This document shows, piece by piece, positions 1 to 14,316 of a stretch of 64,000 nt of DNA. The stretch's first letter is position 1, and each line of letters starts with the position of its first letter. Under the pieces are notes generated by a model. It worked only from the letters and a program-made list of their open reading frames with translations, had not been told where the DNA came from and ran no database searches. The translations under genes were made by a program, and so were the position numbers. The stretch spans positions 18,850,001-18,914,000 of the forward strand of contig NW_024704742.1 in assembly GCF_018977255.1 (NCBI RefSeq), read 5' to 3'. This DNA is from Callorhinchus milii. Its lineage: Eukaryota.

Positions 1-273
1 GAATTAACAGACAGTTTATCAAAATAACATGATCTAAATAGTTGGTAAGTGAGCAATAATTACCAATAGAGTGTTGCATTCTAAATACATAATTTAAGCC
101 TCAAAAGTAAAGCTGTGCAAGGCCTTAAATGGACCACACACCATCACCGTGGCTACATTATAGCGTATACAAGCTCTATTATGGTAATAGGGGATTTCAA
201 TCTAATTAAAGCATTTGACTATCTATTAATTCTCTATTCTCTATTCCAGATTAAAATCTTTGCTCTACATGCT

Positions 274-630
274 GAAGTCCTATAATGTAGTGCTTCACTT
301 GGAAGCGAGAAGACCAGGGTTCAATTCCCAGGTGGGGCAAAACTTTAGGTAAGTTTCCTTACTCCACACATCTCTGTTTACCTAACAATAAGGAGGAACT
401 CAGTTGTTAGTCGATTGATGGACTGCTTTCTAGTGGTTATACTCCCTCCAAAAAAATGTGGTCACTCAATCCACAACTGTTTGTGGGCACTACTGTGCAC
501 AATTGGCTACCAGGTTTCGTCTACAAAATACACAGTCAATTCACTTCACAATATATTCTGTGAAGAGCTTTGACACATCTCAACAACGTGATAAGGTCTC
601 TATATCAAATGCAAGGATTATTGTCATTAT
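274..630 (+). mobile_element. tRNA-derived SINE, long (older) form
   Basis: Decayed tRNA head with GGTTCAATTCC B box, internal ctgtttacctaacaataaggaggaactcagttgttagtcgattg block, shared 3' end tatatcaaatgcaaggattatt. Confidence 0.85.
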
Positions 631-692
631 GCTAGCCCTATTAATGCTCAATGATTACTCAATTAGACCACTTAGCTTCAATAACTGTATTC

Positions 693-1405
693 CAACTACA
701 ACAACAACTTGCATGTATATAGTGCCCTTTACATGGGCAGCATCTTGGAGGACTTAACAGTAGCTGAACTGATGAGAAAGGGGAGGTGACCAAAGGCATA
801 CTCAAAGAAAAGCGTCTTCAGGTATGATTAAACAATTGAGTACAAGCAAAGAGGGCTAAGGTGGAAGAAATGAGGCAGGGAGTTCCAGGTAGTTGAGGCA
901 TAGTGGCTGAAAGCACAGCTGCTGGTGGAGCACAGGGGACGAGGTACTTGCAGAAGACCAGAACCAGCTGAGTAAGGGGGTCGGGTATAGGAATGCGATA
1001 TAAGCAGGTCATGTAAGGAAGTGCCAATGCATGACGTGATTTGTAGGTGAATACGAAGATCTTGGAATTGCTCTGTTTGTGTGACAGAGAGCTAGCTGAG
1101 CTTGGCAAGGACTGGGGGTGTGGAGTTTGGTACAGGTGAGGATACAGGTGGTGAAGTTTTGAATCAGTTGGGCATATTGAATGGTGGACTGGGGAGACTG
1201 GTGAGGAGGGGATTGAAGAAGTAGATGGGAGGTGCTGAAAACGTGGATGAGGTTTCAGTAGTGTTGAGTTTGAGATACAGTTGGAGGCGGGCTATGTGGC
1301 GGAAGTGGAGGAATGCTGTCTTGATCAGGGACCTGATCTGGGGTAAGATGGGACAACTGGGGAGTGAACCTGATATTTAGTTGTACACAGGTCCGGGGAG
1401 TCTCA
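693..1405 (-). mobile_element. L2 LINE 3' fragment, degenerate
   Basis: (CAA)n plus cttgcatgtatatagtgccc tail, followed by a purine-rich body similar to the L2 copy at 34979-35603. Confidence 0.7.
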
Positions 1406-1508
1406 GAGTAGGCCAAGGACGTTAAAGCGTTAAACAATTAAGTTCAACCAACCCAGTTTATCCCAAAGTTCTTAGACTTATCACAATTAGAGCTCAATAG
1501 GATATGGA

Positions 1509-1905
1509 TGAGCCTGCCCCAGTTGGCAGCACTCTCACCTCTGAGTCAGAAAATTGTGGGTCAAGTCCCATGTCAGGACTTAAAAAGCATAGACTCAATG
1601 CAGAACTGTGGGCGTGCTGCATTGTTGGAGGTGCCGTGCTTCAGGTGACCTTGTTAAAACAAGGTCCTGTCTGCCTTTTCAAGTGGACATTGAGGATTCT
1701 ATAACACTCTTCAAAAAGAGAAGTAAGTTTCTCCCAGCGTCCTCAATAAAATTGGTCATTCACTTCAGGCTGTTTGTGAGACATTTCTGTGTGCAAATCG
1801 ATTGCCATGCGTGCCAGCAAAAATACAGTCACTACACTTTACAACATATCCTTTGAGACGTCCTCTTGGTACGCAAGGCACTGTACCAAATGTACAGTAT
1901 CATTA
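1509..1905 (+). mobile_element. Deu-domain SINE (SacSINE1/AmnSINE-like)
   Basis: tRNA-like head (gggttcaagtccc), Deu-like core gtgctgcattgttggaggtgccgt...ttaaaacaaggtcctgtctgcc, shared SINE 3' half. Confidence 0.75.
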
Positions 1906-3727
1906 TAAATACTTGGGTTGATTGATGGTGAGAAGGACTTGAAACAATCTTGTACATAAAACATTCTCTATGTTGCTTTTTGCCTCATTTCTGCCTTGGC
2001 TAATCCTTTGAAGTTTGGGCAGTTTATGATGTTACCTCAATCCCTAAATGTGTTACCAGTTTAGAACAGAATGTTGCACATTTCTATTGTCTGTATATGA
2101 AATTTATTGTGTTAACTCCATAACTTTCCTAATGGGTTCAGATAAGTTGTTTTTTCATCAGAAACATTTCCTCTAAATTTCCAGGTACAAAAGCACCCAG
2201 TTCTAAGTTGATTAACTCTTTTTTGAAAAGAACTGGAACAGTATTCTGAGGATATAAATATTGGTGCAGAATTGCAATGAAAGTTGAACCAAGGAATATC
2301 AAGTTGATTCCGTGCTCCTGGACCAGAAGATTGAGGGCCTGTAGCCTGGGGAGTGATCAAAGTTCGGGTTAAATAAACAATTATGATAATAGTAGTAATA
2401 ATATCCATTGCATTTGATATAGCTTCTTTCATGTCAAGGGGACATATTAAAGTGCTTCACCAGATTCACTGAAAAGTGTAGTGAATTTGTAGTGCTGGTG
2501 TCTTTATTGATTATCTCCTGGAGGAGGTCAGTTCTGCACAGATAATCTTTGACTCTCTTAAAGAGAATGAATGAAGTCAACTACAGAACATTAAATGTTT
2601 TGTATAGTCTGAAGAACGAGTCCTTTCTGTTTTCATTCTTTCTTAATTTTTTGTGGAGATGAAGAGGGGGAGGTGGATTTTTTTCAATATTCACAAATTG
2701 ATTTGTAAATAGTGAATCCACAGGTACCTGGATATATGTTAGGCTGACTTTCCCAAATTACTTTTTACTTGCATGCCGATCTCCTGCCTGATATCAGAAG
2801 CAACCTTTCACCACAATTCAATTTCATTTAAATTGACCCTGAGATTAGCATCAAAGAGTTATTCCAGCCTCAAACACACCTGGGTCATGGCAGAATTCGC
2901 TTTTGGTGGTTCTTCTTACAAATCCTGCATATTAAATCATGCAATATTTTAATGCCACTTTTCAATGAAGTAGACTGCTTCCTTAATATTTGTATCGCAA
3001 GTGTTCAACAACAACAAAATTAGATTTGTAAAGCGCCTTTCATGTCGGGAGGATGTGGCATCTTTCTTCAAGAAAGATAGCAAAGGAAGAAAGTTTTCCA
3101 TTATGCATTTTGAGGATCTGTGTCATCTTGAAAGCACTTTCTAATTTTTCAGGATTTCACTTAGAATCCTAGAATGTTACAGCCACAAACAAACTACTCT
3201 GCCCAACAAGTGTACTGGAGTTTTTTGTCACTTGAGACATGTAATCTAATCCCATTTTCCTTCTCACTTCTCATGCCCTTTAATAATGCCTCTGATAGTC
3301 AAACTTGAAATAGTGATTCCTCAGGAGCTATTTGGAGATATGAGTTTACTTGTTCACATATTCCTGGTAAATCCCTTTTATCTATTGTGCCTATGTTTTT
3401 ACAAGGTTAGTGTTTTATTTGCAAACACCAAGCAGCCTGTTGAGCAAATCCCAAGTAGATATATTTGCAATCATGAGCCTCATTTAAAATCCGATCAATT
3501 CCGCTTCCAAGGACTTTTGAAGCAGCATGAGTCACTGCAGAATCTAATAGAATAGGCTTATTGCAATTCAAAACATGCACTGAATCTTAAAAGTCCAATA
3601 ACACACCTTACCAATTTTCTATTTAGATCAAAGTTAGGAATAATTTATTTTTCAAGCAGCATCTTTACATGTACAAAAAGCAGTAAGCTAGTGAATGGCA
3701 AGTTAGAAAATGGAAGGGAACACTTAC

Positions 3728-3929
3728 CTTTGGATTTTCTACCATACATAAAAGCCTTTCCAAGCATCTGCCAGGTTGGTTTGTACAAGTCCTCCAAATC
3801 CAACTGCCATCGCTCTGGATCCAGGTACTTAATCAGCTCTTCTAATGTGTCAAACCCAGAGACGGCATCATTCAAAGTATCTAAAGACAGCGAGGATGGT
3901 GGCAATACAGTTGAGCTTTCAAAGTGGTC
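3728..3929 (-). CDS. PDGFC: PDGF-C-like, internal coding exon (exon 4 equivalent), hinge with basic cleavage motif
   Basis: DHFESSTVLPPSSLSLDTLNDAVSGFDTLEELIKYLDPERWQLDLEDLYKPTWQMLGKAFMYGRKSK. Acceptor ttgttatacag|GAC, donor AAAG|gtaagt; 202 nt, phase 0 to phase 1; ERWQLDLEDLY.PTWQ.LGKAF is characteristic of PDGF-C. Confidence 0.94.
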
Positions 3930-4927
3930 CTGTATAACAATCAAATTAAACAGTATTGTTAGAATTATTGTACATGGCTCGTGCCATTACAATTTGTTTT
4001 TTAAATGCATTACCGAAGCAATACGAATAATAAAATATTTACTGACATAAAACAATAAACGTATACCATTGTATAATTTTTTTTGTACAATAACAAAGAC
4101 ACGATAATACTTATGGACAAATATTTGTGTTTCAAGGTTTTGTTCAATACAGTCAAATTGTCCAAAACTTACTGAACCAAATCTCATTTGGAGCTTTTTG
4201 GCAACATTCCAGACCTACTTCTGCTGCTGCTATCTTAAACCCAAAGCACTACAAACCCAGAACTAATTTTAGTGGAACATATCACACCAGCTAAACCTAG
4301 ACTGCCAGCCCGAGTAATTATTCCCCACTAAATTCCACCTTCATCCCAAAAATCGAAGACATGAGTACTTGATCTGTATTATTCATGGTTCTCTCGAAGA
4401 TGTCAACCTACGTCAGTCCCCTCAATTTATAACACCAGGAAAAAAGTTTGGATGACAGATAATCCAGACTCCTGAACAAACATTCCAGGTTTCTATCAAT
4501 GTACCTCACATGTCAGCCTCTTGAATACCCATGGGTAGAAATTCCATCCAGTTCTCAATTTACTCTAGTAATATTGCATTTCAGCGTGTGCAGAATTTGG
4601 CAAATTGTTGAATTCACCTTTCAACTTTGAAGCTTGTTTTCTATAGTTCTTAAAAGAAACTTGAAGAAAAAATAACTTCAACAACAACAAATTGCATTTA
4701 AATAGCGCCTTTCATATTGGAAGGATGTCCCAAAGTACTTCAACATTAAAGGCTACAATAGGAATTGTAGTTGACAGCCCAATCTTAATATCCCATGTTC
4801 ACCAAGAGAAATGCAAATATATTAAAAACCATCAGTGATCACTGGTAAAGCAGATCTCTGATCACTGCTGAAACCTGTTTCGCCCAAAAGATCCTAAACA
4901 ACATTCACCTTTACTAATAGATATTCT

Positions 4928-5160
4928 GGGACTGAAATTTCACCTAGTCTTAGTCTGCAGACCATCTTGCCGTTAAATTTAAGATGGGGCTGAACTAAAT
5001 TAAGCTAATTTTTAAAACCAGTATTAATTTGGAAGCTGTTTTTTTCACAAAACTAGATTCCAAATTAAGAGTGGATAAAAGAATGTTCCACAATTACGTG
5101 CAATCTTAAATTTTAAGAATAAATGGTCCTACAGATGAAGACTAGGTGATATTTTGGGGC
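4928..5160. mobile_element. Degenerate foldback element / MITE
   Basis: Left arm cacctagtcttagtctgcagaccat...ttaaatttaagat matches the reverse complement of atcttaaattttaagaataaatggtcctacagatgaagactaggtg. Confidence 0.6.
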
Positions 5161-5861
5161 TTCTAACTCCCAATCGTTGGCTTCTCTTCCATTCACAGAT
5201 GCTCCAGTCCGACTGAAACCATTCGTACTCCCAAGTCTGAATTTATTTTAATACCATTATTTCATCAACATCATCTTGTGAGACATATAAAATAATACAA
5301 GCCTTTGATAGGAGGCCAGAACAAATCCTTTAAGAACAATTTTAGCCAAAATCTGACTGAACCAACATGCTGAAGGGGCACTTATGCTAATGATCCCTAG
5401 AAACTTTAACCTAAACAGAAAATGCCTTACAGAAAAAAACACGTACAGTTTTTCATTCAAAATTTCCATTGCGTAGACCGATGTGCAAGTGCAATAATGA
5501 GGAGAACAGGCTGTTCACTTAACCAGCAGCTGGTTGAATCATAGTTACAAATTACATAACCCACATTTATTTTACTTTGAAAAAAAAGGATGAAAGTTTA
5601 GACTCTGTTTCATTTTTTAATATAATGGGCTGGGATCAGTGCATTTTTGATATTTCCTATGAAATGAAGACCAGTCGTCATAAAGTGGGAGACAGAGTCA
5701 AACTGCTAGCAGCATTTGTCTATATTTTTTTTAAGAAGCTGCATGGATTCACTGCAGCTATAAGCCTACCAGTGCCTGTGATTCACAATGTTCCTCAAAG
5801 AGAACAAATAAGAAAGGACTCAAGGTTTGCCAGTCAAAAGAAGTAGCAAAACGAGAAAGGA

Positions 5862-6050
5862 AATAATAATTATAATCCTTGCGTTTGATGTAGCGCATTA
5901 TCACATCACTGAGACATCTCAAAGCACTTCACAGAATACACTGTAAAGTGAATCGACTGTGTATTTTGTGGGGGCAATGCGGCAGCCAATTGCGCAGACC
6001 AGGGTTCCACAAACAGTCGTGGATTGAGTGACCACATTTTTTTTAATTTA
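5862..6050 (-). mobile_element. SINE 3' half, 5'-truncated
   Basis: Reverse complement of the shared SINE 3' region with (AAT)n tail. Confidence 0.85.
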
Positions 6051-6936
6051 AGAGACAAAAATCAAATAAGAGGAAATAAGCTGTGGAGTTTTGAGATGCA
6101 ATCTTTTAGTGTTCCCAATAAAGCAAATTGGCTGAATGTAAATTGCGTCTCAGCGTCTCTAAATCGCTGGAGCTTTTAGACTGTTAATGAACCCTTCAGC
6201 CCTCAGTCTTTATCATTTCCTGTGTGTCCCCACCACATCAAATTGAAAAACTCTTCTTGCTTTCCACCAGCCCTGACCCCATGTGTCAATAGTATGTCAC
6301 TCTGTAATGCATTGATTCTCAGACTTGATAGTTATACATTTTTTATGCTGTCCAATGAATTATAATATGGCTTTCAGTGGCTCTTTGACATTACCACTGG
6401 AATTCTGTGCCAAGGTGGGAGAGACAAACAAAATTAAAGCAGTTTGAAGAATGTCTTTTCTCCTCACTCCCATCCAGATTTTACCCTTTAATTTGAAGGC
6501 AAAATGTTATTGAAGGCTGGCATGGCAACAAAGTGCTTTAGCACAGGATTTGTTTTTAAACCACAACTCTGTTCTTTTCACTTTGATTCTGTTTTTCGCC
6601 TCTTTGTTTTTTCCTTCTCCCGAAAGTTACTGATTCATGCTGGTCTACTCTCACATACAATAACAACAACATGCATTTACATAGGGCCCTTCACCTGGGA
6701 TAGAGTCTCGGAGAGCTTCACAGTGACGGAGTCTGACAAAGCACCAAGCTCCCTCCTTCACTTCATGAAACTGAACATTGATTATTCATGTGTTTAACAA
6801 TAAGTATTGCCATTCCATTTAACCATCACGGCCAGTGAGCTTGGTGATATTTTACGTCGATCACAAACAAAGCTTCCTGATATACAATGATACAGGCAGG
6901 TTCTGGTGACTTAAAAGAGCCACAAATATGGTGTGT

Positions 6937-7366
6937 GTCAGCCTCGCTCAGTGGTAGCACTGTTGCCCCACATCGGGACTTGGAATCACATACTCTAAGC
7001 TGACACCCCATTGTAGTGCTGGGAGAGTGTTGCATGGTAATAGGTGTCGTTCTTTGGTTGAGATGTTAAACCGAGGTCCCATCTACCTATTTGTATAGCG
7101 CCTTTCACATCAGGAGGACGTCCCAAGGCGTTAAGGATTCTATCATGGTTCTATTGAAAAAGAAGGAGTTTTTCCCGGTGTCCTGGCCAACAAATCCCCC
7201 AAATAAAATTGATCACTCACTCAATGGCTGTTTGTGGGACACTGCTGTGTGCAACTGGCTGCCGCGTTTCACCCCCAAAATATACAGTCACATTACAGTA
7301 TATCCTGTGAAGTGCTTTAAGCCATCTTGTGATAAGGCGCTATATCAAATGCAAGGATTATTATTA
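6937..7366 (+). mobile_element. Deu-domain SINE with an inverted L2-tail patch at 7089-7130
   Basis: Head gtcagcctcgctcagtggtagc, Deu core gagatgttaaaccgaggtccc, shared 3' half. Confidence 0.8.
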
Positions 7367-10300
7367 AAATTATACAATCAATACAACTGATATTCCATGA
7401 ATCATAAGCATTGTAATTCAGAAACATTTCAGTGCTTATTTCCCATGGTATGGCATATAAATTAGTCTAATGAATTTGAAAGTCGAGTATCATTTGTAGT
7501 GTTATTTACACTTTGAAGATTTGAATTATTTAGAAATGCAAAACTTACCGAAACCGAGGGGAAAGTACCTGGCTCACATGAATTATGAATAGTTGAGCCA
7601 CAGCATGCACTGTATAAGAATTTATCTTCTGCACAAAGTGAAAATCTTCTTTATCCAGTAATGTCTCCAAATTTATAATGATTATATTTGGAACGATTGA
7701 ATTGTCTTTTTGGATCAATCCTCATCCAGAATGTTTTTATATTAGTTTTGTGGCCAAAATTCTCTTACATTTCTCAAAAGATGAACATATGGTTTTACGA
7801 TCTTCGTAAAACCTGACCACCTCCCCCCCATCCCCCCGTCCCCATAACACATTCTAATTGTTACAGGCTTGTAGTTTCGCAAAGACAAATGTGTAAATTC
7901 AAGCTTCAGGTTGGATTTTGAGAGGGGGGAAAAAAGACTGTGCCTATTATTTTGAAAATCCAAGCAGCTGAACTTGCTCTAGATCTCCAAAGTAGCACAA
8001 TCTGTAAGGGCAGAAGATATTAGGAACATAAATGAATATCTTAAAACTATATTTGGAGAGTGTTTTTTGTTTTCCCTTTAAGTGCTTTAAAGCTTGTTCA
8101 GGAATGTGTCTTCTAATTATCTGCTATAGTTTCACAAGCGGCCTTTTTGGCAAAAACATTCAGTTTTTTTTAATACTGATTAGTCACTCACCTAATAAAA
8201 CGTATCAAGATGATACATATCTCTTAATGGATTCAATTTTTGTTTTATCTTTGCTGTAACTATAATTTCAGGCTTACGTCTTGTGTTCTTTTGGGATACT
8301 TTGAGAATACATATAACGTATCTCCTGTAATCTATAAACAGCTGAAACATATTTTAACTATAAGCTCCAGAAGATTTATGCCAATCTGTTCAACGCCAAA
8401 TTCGTACAGTATGCTTGAAAACCTCATTTGGACTTTTCACCCCTGGAATACTTGATCTAGCCGGGGAAAAGAGGTAGGAATGCACAGCAGATTTGTCCTT
8501 AACGTGAAAAAGAGAAGGGAACATAGCCAAGGAATAACAGTTGTTATTGTTTTACTATGCACTGACCAAAATTCTTCCAAATTTATGATAGATTGTGTCA
8601 ATCTTTTATATGGAAAATGGCTTAAATTGCAGACAGGGCATGCAGACTTGGAGTCTGCCAGGAACAACTGACAATACCCGCTGTGTGGACCTGAGTGTGA
8701 AACAAAGGGACTTCAGAAGAATATATTACCGTTTTGAATGTGGTTACCACTGGTAGTGTGTTCCCATTCAGGTTAGGCTGTGAAAACAGAAACAGATAAA
8801 TATCATGAATCTTATCTTTTTACAAACTTACACCAATTGATTTTTAAAACCTAGTTTATTCTCCTTTTCCCCTCCATCCACTCCTTCTCTCGCATTCGTT
8901 TCTTCTCTTACCCTCTACATTGACCCCTCTCCCCATTACCCCCTCCCTAACTCGTCTTTCGCCTTCCTCTAGCCCACCCATTCTGGCAATCCTGTGAATA
9001 GAATAAACAAAGAAATTGGAAACTCCAATAAGTTCCAACATCATTTGCTTCTTGCACACTTTGTTGCCACTGGAAGGCACTTGCTCTTTGCTGGGGGAAT
9101 GGTTATATGAGTTATCTTCTGGCAGATCCACAAGTGGTAATTCTTCATGTGTAAAAAAGAATGGGGTCTAACATGTAGCTAATTCAAACAGGATTCCTCA
9201 ATTGAGGAATCAAAGTGGGGAATCCTTTTGGGAACTGAAACTACATTTCTCTGATGAACGGGGGAATCTAAAAACAAGTTGCATTGGAGGCATCCCCTTG
9301 GGTCAGTGTGATGTTCTTCATTAAGCAATCCCATTTGAAATCACTGCTTTCACCCCACTGCGTATTGGTCCACTATTCAACAATAACAACTACAATAACT
9401 TGCAGTTATATAACACCCCTCATGCAGGGTAGCATACCAGACATTGAAGGGCATCATAGTCATGTCTGATCCTGTCCTGACCTGTTGTCTGCACATGTGC
9501 ATGTTCCAACAGAAGTCACTTTATAGTGTTTGGGAGCAGAAACCCTGGCTGATTTGCTTTCCCTTCCTAACTCACAAAGTCCCAAACGCATATAGAGTTC
9601 CTACTGATGCTCTGGCTGGTATCAGTTAACTCAGTACAGACCGACCACATCACAAACCAACCTCACCAGTTCCACAGATTAAAGGATGCTGGGTAAAGTG
9701 CTGTAATATTAGCATTCAGAAAAAAAAGTGCAAATGGCCATGATTCTTCTTATCACATTTGATGACTTTGATTATAAGTAACTAGATCTACCTAAACCAT
9801 TTTAAATGCTCAAATAAGAAGAGCAATGTACATTCTTGAGCTCCTTGGCAATGCATGTTGTTGTTGGAGACCAAGAGATTCCCACAAGTTGCTCTTAACC
9901 CCGATCTATGTTATTCAGCTCCTGAATTACAGATGTCAAATTGGCTGGGAGCTCTGGAATCAGGCTGCTCGCTACAGCCGGGATTCTGCCAAAAAATGGA
10001 AGCTGTCTGTCGATTTTCTTTTTTGGCATGTCTAAATAAATAACACTCAAGTGGGGAAATTTCCCTAGGAATAAAAGTGAGAGGAGAAGAAGTTTCTACT
10101 TGCCTGGAAAATTACTGCATGGTTTACCAACAGGCAGAAAGTCGGGTTTTAAAGAATATGGACGTTAAATTTGGAGGTTGCGAATACTGGCCTGGAGAAG
10201 TTGGCTCGTAATTACCATGCACACTGCTGAAAATGGCAATTCAGGTAATTCTTACTGTGGTAGCAAACTGCCAACATTCCCTGTCACAATGCTTTACAGA

Positions 10301-10514
10301 TGTGTGGGTTTATGTAAACATGATTCAGATACTTATATAATCTAGGCCGATACTCCAATACATTGCTAGTGATGTGCTGCATTGTTGGAGGTGCCGTTCT
10401 TCGGATGAGAAGTTAAAGACCTCGTGGTCCTAGTCAAAAAGAAAAGAGAGTTTCTGCCAGTGTCTTGGCTGACAAATAGCCAAATAAAATTGTTCATACA
10501 CTTCACAATGGTGG

Positions 10515-10740
10515 AACCCAAGGCCAAGCCAGGGGGAGGGTGAAAGTGACCGTAGGCGTGGTCGAAGAGGAAGGTCTTCAGGTGCGACCTGAAAAAGGGG
10601 AAGGAGGAGTCAAGGCGAAGGGGTTGAGGGAGGAAGTTACAAAATTTCGGGGCATAGTGGCTGAAGACACAGCCACCAATGGTGGAGCGGAGAATTCGGG
10701 GTATGCGAAGGAGACCGGACCAGTTGAGCGGAGGCTCTAC
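10515..10740 (-). mobile_element. L2 LINE ORF2 C-terminal fragment
   Basis: SGLLRIPRILRSTIGGCVFSHYAPKFCNFLPQPLRL...FRSHLKTFLF, a typical L2 ORF2 end. Confidence 0.8.
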
Positions 10741-12769
10741 AATACAAGCAGTGGCATACAATACAAGTTAAATTTGTATAAAGTCTTTCACATCAGTAGG
10801 ATATTTCAAAGAACTTTGCACTGCTGGCTGATCGAACTGGGAGAGACTAATGAGGGTGGAGGAGGAAGAAAATTACCAAATGTGCATCCAAGAAGTAATT
10901 CCTAAGGTGGGCTATAAAAGTAGAAAGGAAAGGGAAAGTCAGAAGGACTCTGGGATGGAGCTCCATAGAGGAGGGGTAGAATGACTTAAAGCTCAAGACA
11001 CTGATGGCGGGTGGATTGGGCGGGGACAAGAAGGAGAGGTAAAGGCTCTAAGGTGGTTGACTCTTTGGGAAACCAAAGCCACAGACCACATCTAATTTAT
11101 CTAGACCTTACCATAGAGAGTGTCATCAGAGAGTGAAGTTCTCCAATGCGACTCTGAACAAACTGTAAATGTGATGGTGTCTTCCGTGGTCAAGGCCACT
11201 CTCCCCATGGCAGGTAAGAAATCTCAAGACTAAGATCATTTGGAATTTCAGGCCTCTGTGGTCCTGGATAGTAAAGCCTTTTTTTCCATTGATTTCAATA
11301 TTTTCCCAGCTATTCAATGTTCGCTGTTGATTTACTTTCTGTGGTTTTCAATTGAAAGCTTAGAAACGTTGTTCCCTTATTTAGCTACAACGCACCAAGC
11401 TCTTTGTTAGCTTATATTCAGAAATAAATCTCTCACTTAATTTTGTAAACCATGTAATAACTACATTGAGTGCCTGAATGAAAAATGAGTTTCCTACTGC
11501 GTTTTTGCTGACAATGTTATTTACATTCTTTACAGGCTGTGCTGAGAAAAAGCACATTCATTTGCATCACAAAATAACTTATTCCAATAGTTAAAGTGGT
11601 ACACTGTTTTACAGGTGAATTTTATTTTTATTTTCCAAGCAGCAAATTCCTTCCATTGGTGCAAATGTTGTACAGTAGCACTGAAATGGATGGTTGTACT
11701 TGAAATGGGGCGGGGGGAAGGTTGGTGGGCAGTGGCCAGTTATTTTTATGATGGCTTTCTGGGCTATGCAAATGTAAAACTTAAGCTCTTAAATACATAA
11801 GAGAACATGGAAAACATGTAATGAGAAAATGCTATTTGATCCTGCAATCCCAATCTTTCTTCACACAGCCACACGATGCAGCCCAGAAATATGCATCTAT
11901 TCCCCAGAATTCCACAAATCTGGCCTCCCTCAACAAGCAATATATTCCTCCCCTTCAGCCTGGCAACATTGATATTATTGTTTTCAGTGTAAAATGTCAT
12001 CTCTGTCTATACCTATCTCCTCCCAAATTGTTCTCAAAGCGATATTTATCCACTTACGTTTTGAAGGAGTTCATCCAGGCACCATCAAGTATTTTTGCTG
12101 GGAATCAATTGCACTTATCCTCTGCTGTGCATGGAGAACATTCTTATTTCTAATCCAGTTTGAGGCTTTTTCATTTGAAATCTGTGCCCGCTAACTATAC
12201 ATCATCTAGATTTGTCATCACCGGTTCAAGTTCCCCGAGTCTTCTTGTCCCCTTTGAGAACAAGTTTATCACTGTGAGCTTCATCTGATAACCTCAACAT
12301 CTAAAACTTACAATTATCCTTGTTGCTCCTCTCTGCTTCTTTCCCAATGCTTCAATATCCTTTAAGTTCAATTGTGTAAAATAAAGGGTTCAAACGTTTT
12401 GGTGGCTGAGGGCTGGATGCCCTATTTGAAAAACTCCCATGGGCGGAATAAGCAATATTTTTGTGTTTCCCTTCCAGAAATATAACATATATGGGTTGTG
12501 AAAGAGCAGGTGGGCTAGATGAAATGGAGGGAGGGAGAAAAGGGCCAGATGAATCCGCCCCGGGCCACCAGTTGGACCACCTTGGCCTAAAACTACACAC
12601 TCTAATATTCCAAATGTATCCTAACCAGTAATACTTGCATTACTGGTAGTGCAACCTGTAGTAAAATATGCCAACTTGTAATCGTTTAGTTTTATTGAAG
12701 CAACTTCATATGGCCTGGAAACCTTTAATTGTGTGCAAATGTCATATGTTTACCATGGAGTCCATTTGT

Positions 12770-13136
12770 GGAGTCCTGTAGCTCAGTGATTAGAACACTC
12801 GCCTCGCAAGCGAGAGACCTGGGTTCTATTTCCAGCAGGGCAAACTGTTGGGCAAATCTCCTTAATCCACACGCCTCTGTTTACCTAGCAGTAAGTAGGA
12901 ACCCGGTTGTTAGTCGATTGGGGATAGCTTTTCCAGGGATAATATTCCTTAGAAAAAATAATAATAATTTGGTCACGACTGTTGGTGGGACACTGCTGTG
13001 CTCAATTGGCTGCCATGTTTCGCCCACAAATATACAGTCAATTCATTTTACAGTATATTCTGTAAAATATTTTGAGATGTCTAGAAGATGTGAAAAGAGT
13101 TATATAACATGCAAGGATTATTATTAGTAGTATTAT
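12770..13136 (+). mobile_element. tRNA-derived SINE, long form, full length
   Basis: GGAGTCCTGTAGCTCAGTG head, internal block present, (ATT)n tail. Confidence 0.9.
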
Positions 13137-13284
13137 TTCCTCTTCCAAGATACATTACTATTCACTGATCTATATTGAATGCATTCCTTGTCCTATCTGC
13201 TTAATTGATGCTGATTATCTGGTATAATGTTTATTCGTTGTTCACCTTGCCCACTTTGCGAAGTGACATCTCAAATGAACTTTG

Positions 13285-13700
13285 ACAGCTATATGACGTA
13301 GTGTATTTAGACTTGCAAAAGACAATTGACCAAGTACCACATGAGAGACTCCTTCACAACCGATGTTACTGGGTATCAAGGATAAGGTGGATTCAAATTA
13401 GCTCAAATTAGGAAGCATTGTTTGGGGAGCTCAGTCAAGATGGTGCCAATATTAAATAAGGTGCCTCGGGGGTCTAAATTTGCAGATTACGCCAATTTAG
13501 GAAGAACTGTGGATCAGAGGAGGCAGCAAAGCTCCTACAAAAAAAGCTTGACAGGGTAGGCAAATGTGTGATAACTGGCAAATGACGTTCAATGCAAATA
13601 AATGCATGGCCCTGCATACAGGAAGTTAAATTAGATACCAAGGATGGGTTAGAATTTGCCCAGACGGACACTGAAAGAAACCTAGCTATTAATTAATTCA
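13285..13700 (+). mobile_element. CR1 LINE reverse-transcriptase fragments, heavily decayed
   Basis: gacgtagtgtatttagacttgcaaaagacaattgaccaagtaccacatgagagactc (DVVYLDLQKTIDQVPHERL) and aaatttgcagattac (KFAD). Confidence 0.7.
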
Positions 13701-13756
13701 TCGCTCACCATATTAAGATAGTAGGGTAGGTTTTCTGCAAGGAAGAGATCAAATGG

Positions 13757-14166
13757 TGTCAGCCTTGTTCAATTGGTAGTGGGTTCATGCCCCATGTCAG
13801 TACTTTAAACTCACAGTCTAAACTGACACTCCACACATTCCTGGGAGGAGCACTGCATTGTTAGAGGTGGCATCCTTGTATAAAACATGAAATCGAGGTT
13901 TCATCTGCCTATTCGGTGTGGATGTTAAAGATTCTGTGGTGCTACTCGAAAAGAGAAATGACTTCCTTCTGGTTTCCTAGACAACAATGCCCCAGATAAA
14001 ATTGGTCAATAATTTCATGACTTTTTGTGGGACATTGCTGTGTACAAATTGGCTGCCATGTTCGACTATAAAATACACAGCCTCTGCATTACTGTAAATC
14101 ATGTGAAGCACCTTGAGACATCCTTCCAACACGAAAGACACAATATCAAATGCATGGATTATTATT
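13757..14166 (+). mobile_element. Deu-domain SINE
   Basis: Same head, core and tail as the copies at 1509 and 6937. Confidence 0.75.
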
Positions 14167-14316
14167 AAAGGGGCCAAAAGTCCTTTTTCATCCAAATCTC
14201 TCTTGTGATCTTGTGAACAGTCTGAACAATTGGGACTCCTAACAGACCCTTTTAGAACTCTGCTAGCCACTGTTACTCATAGAGAAAAAATTTTTTCCCC
14301 CTATTTGTCATAACTT

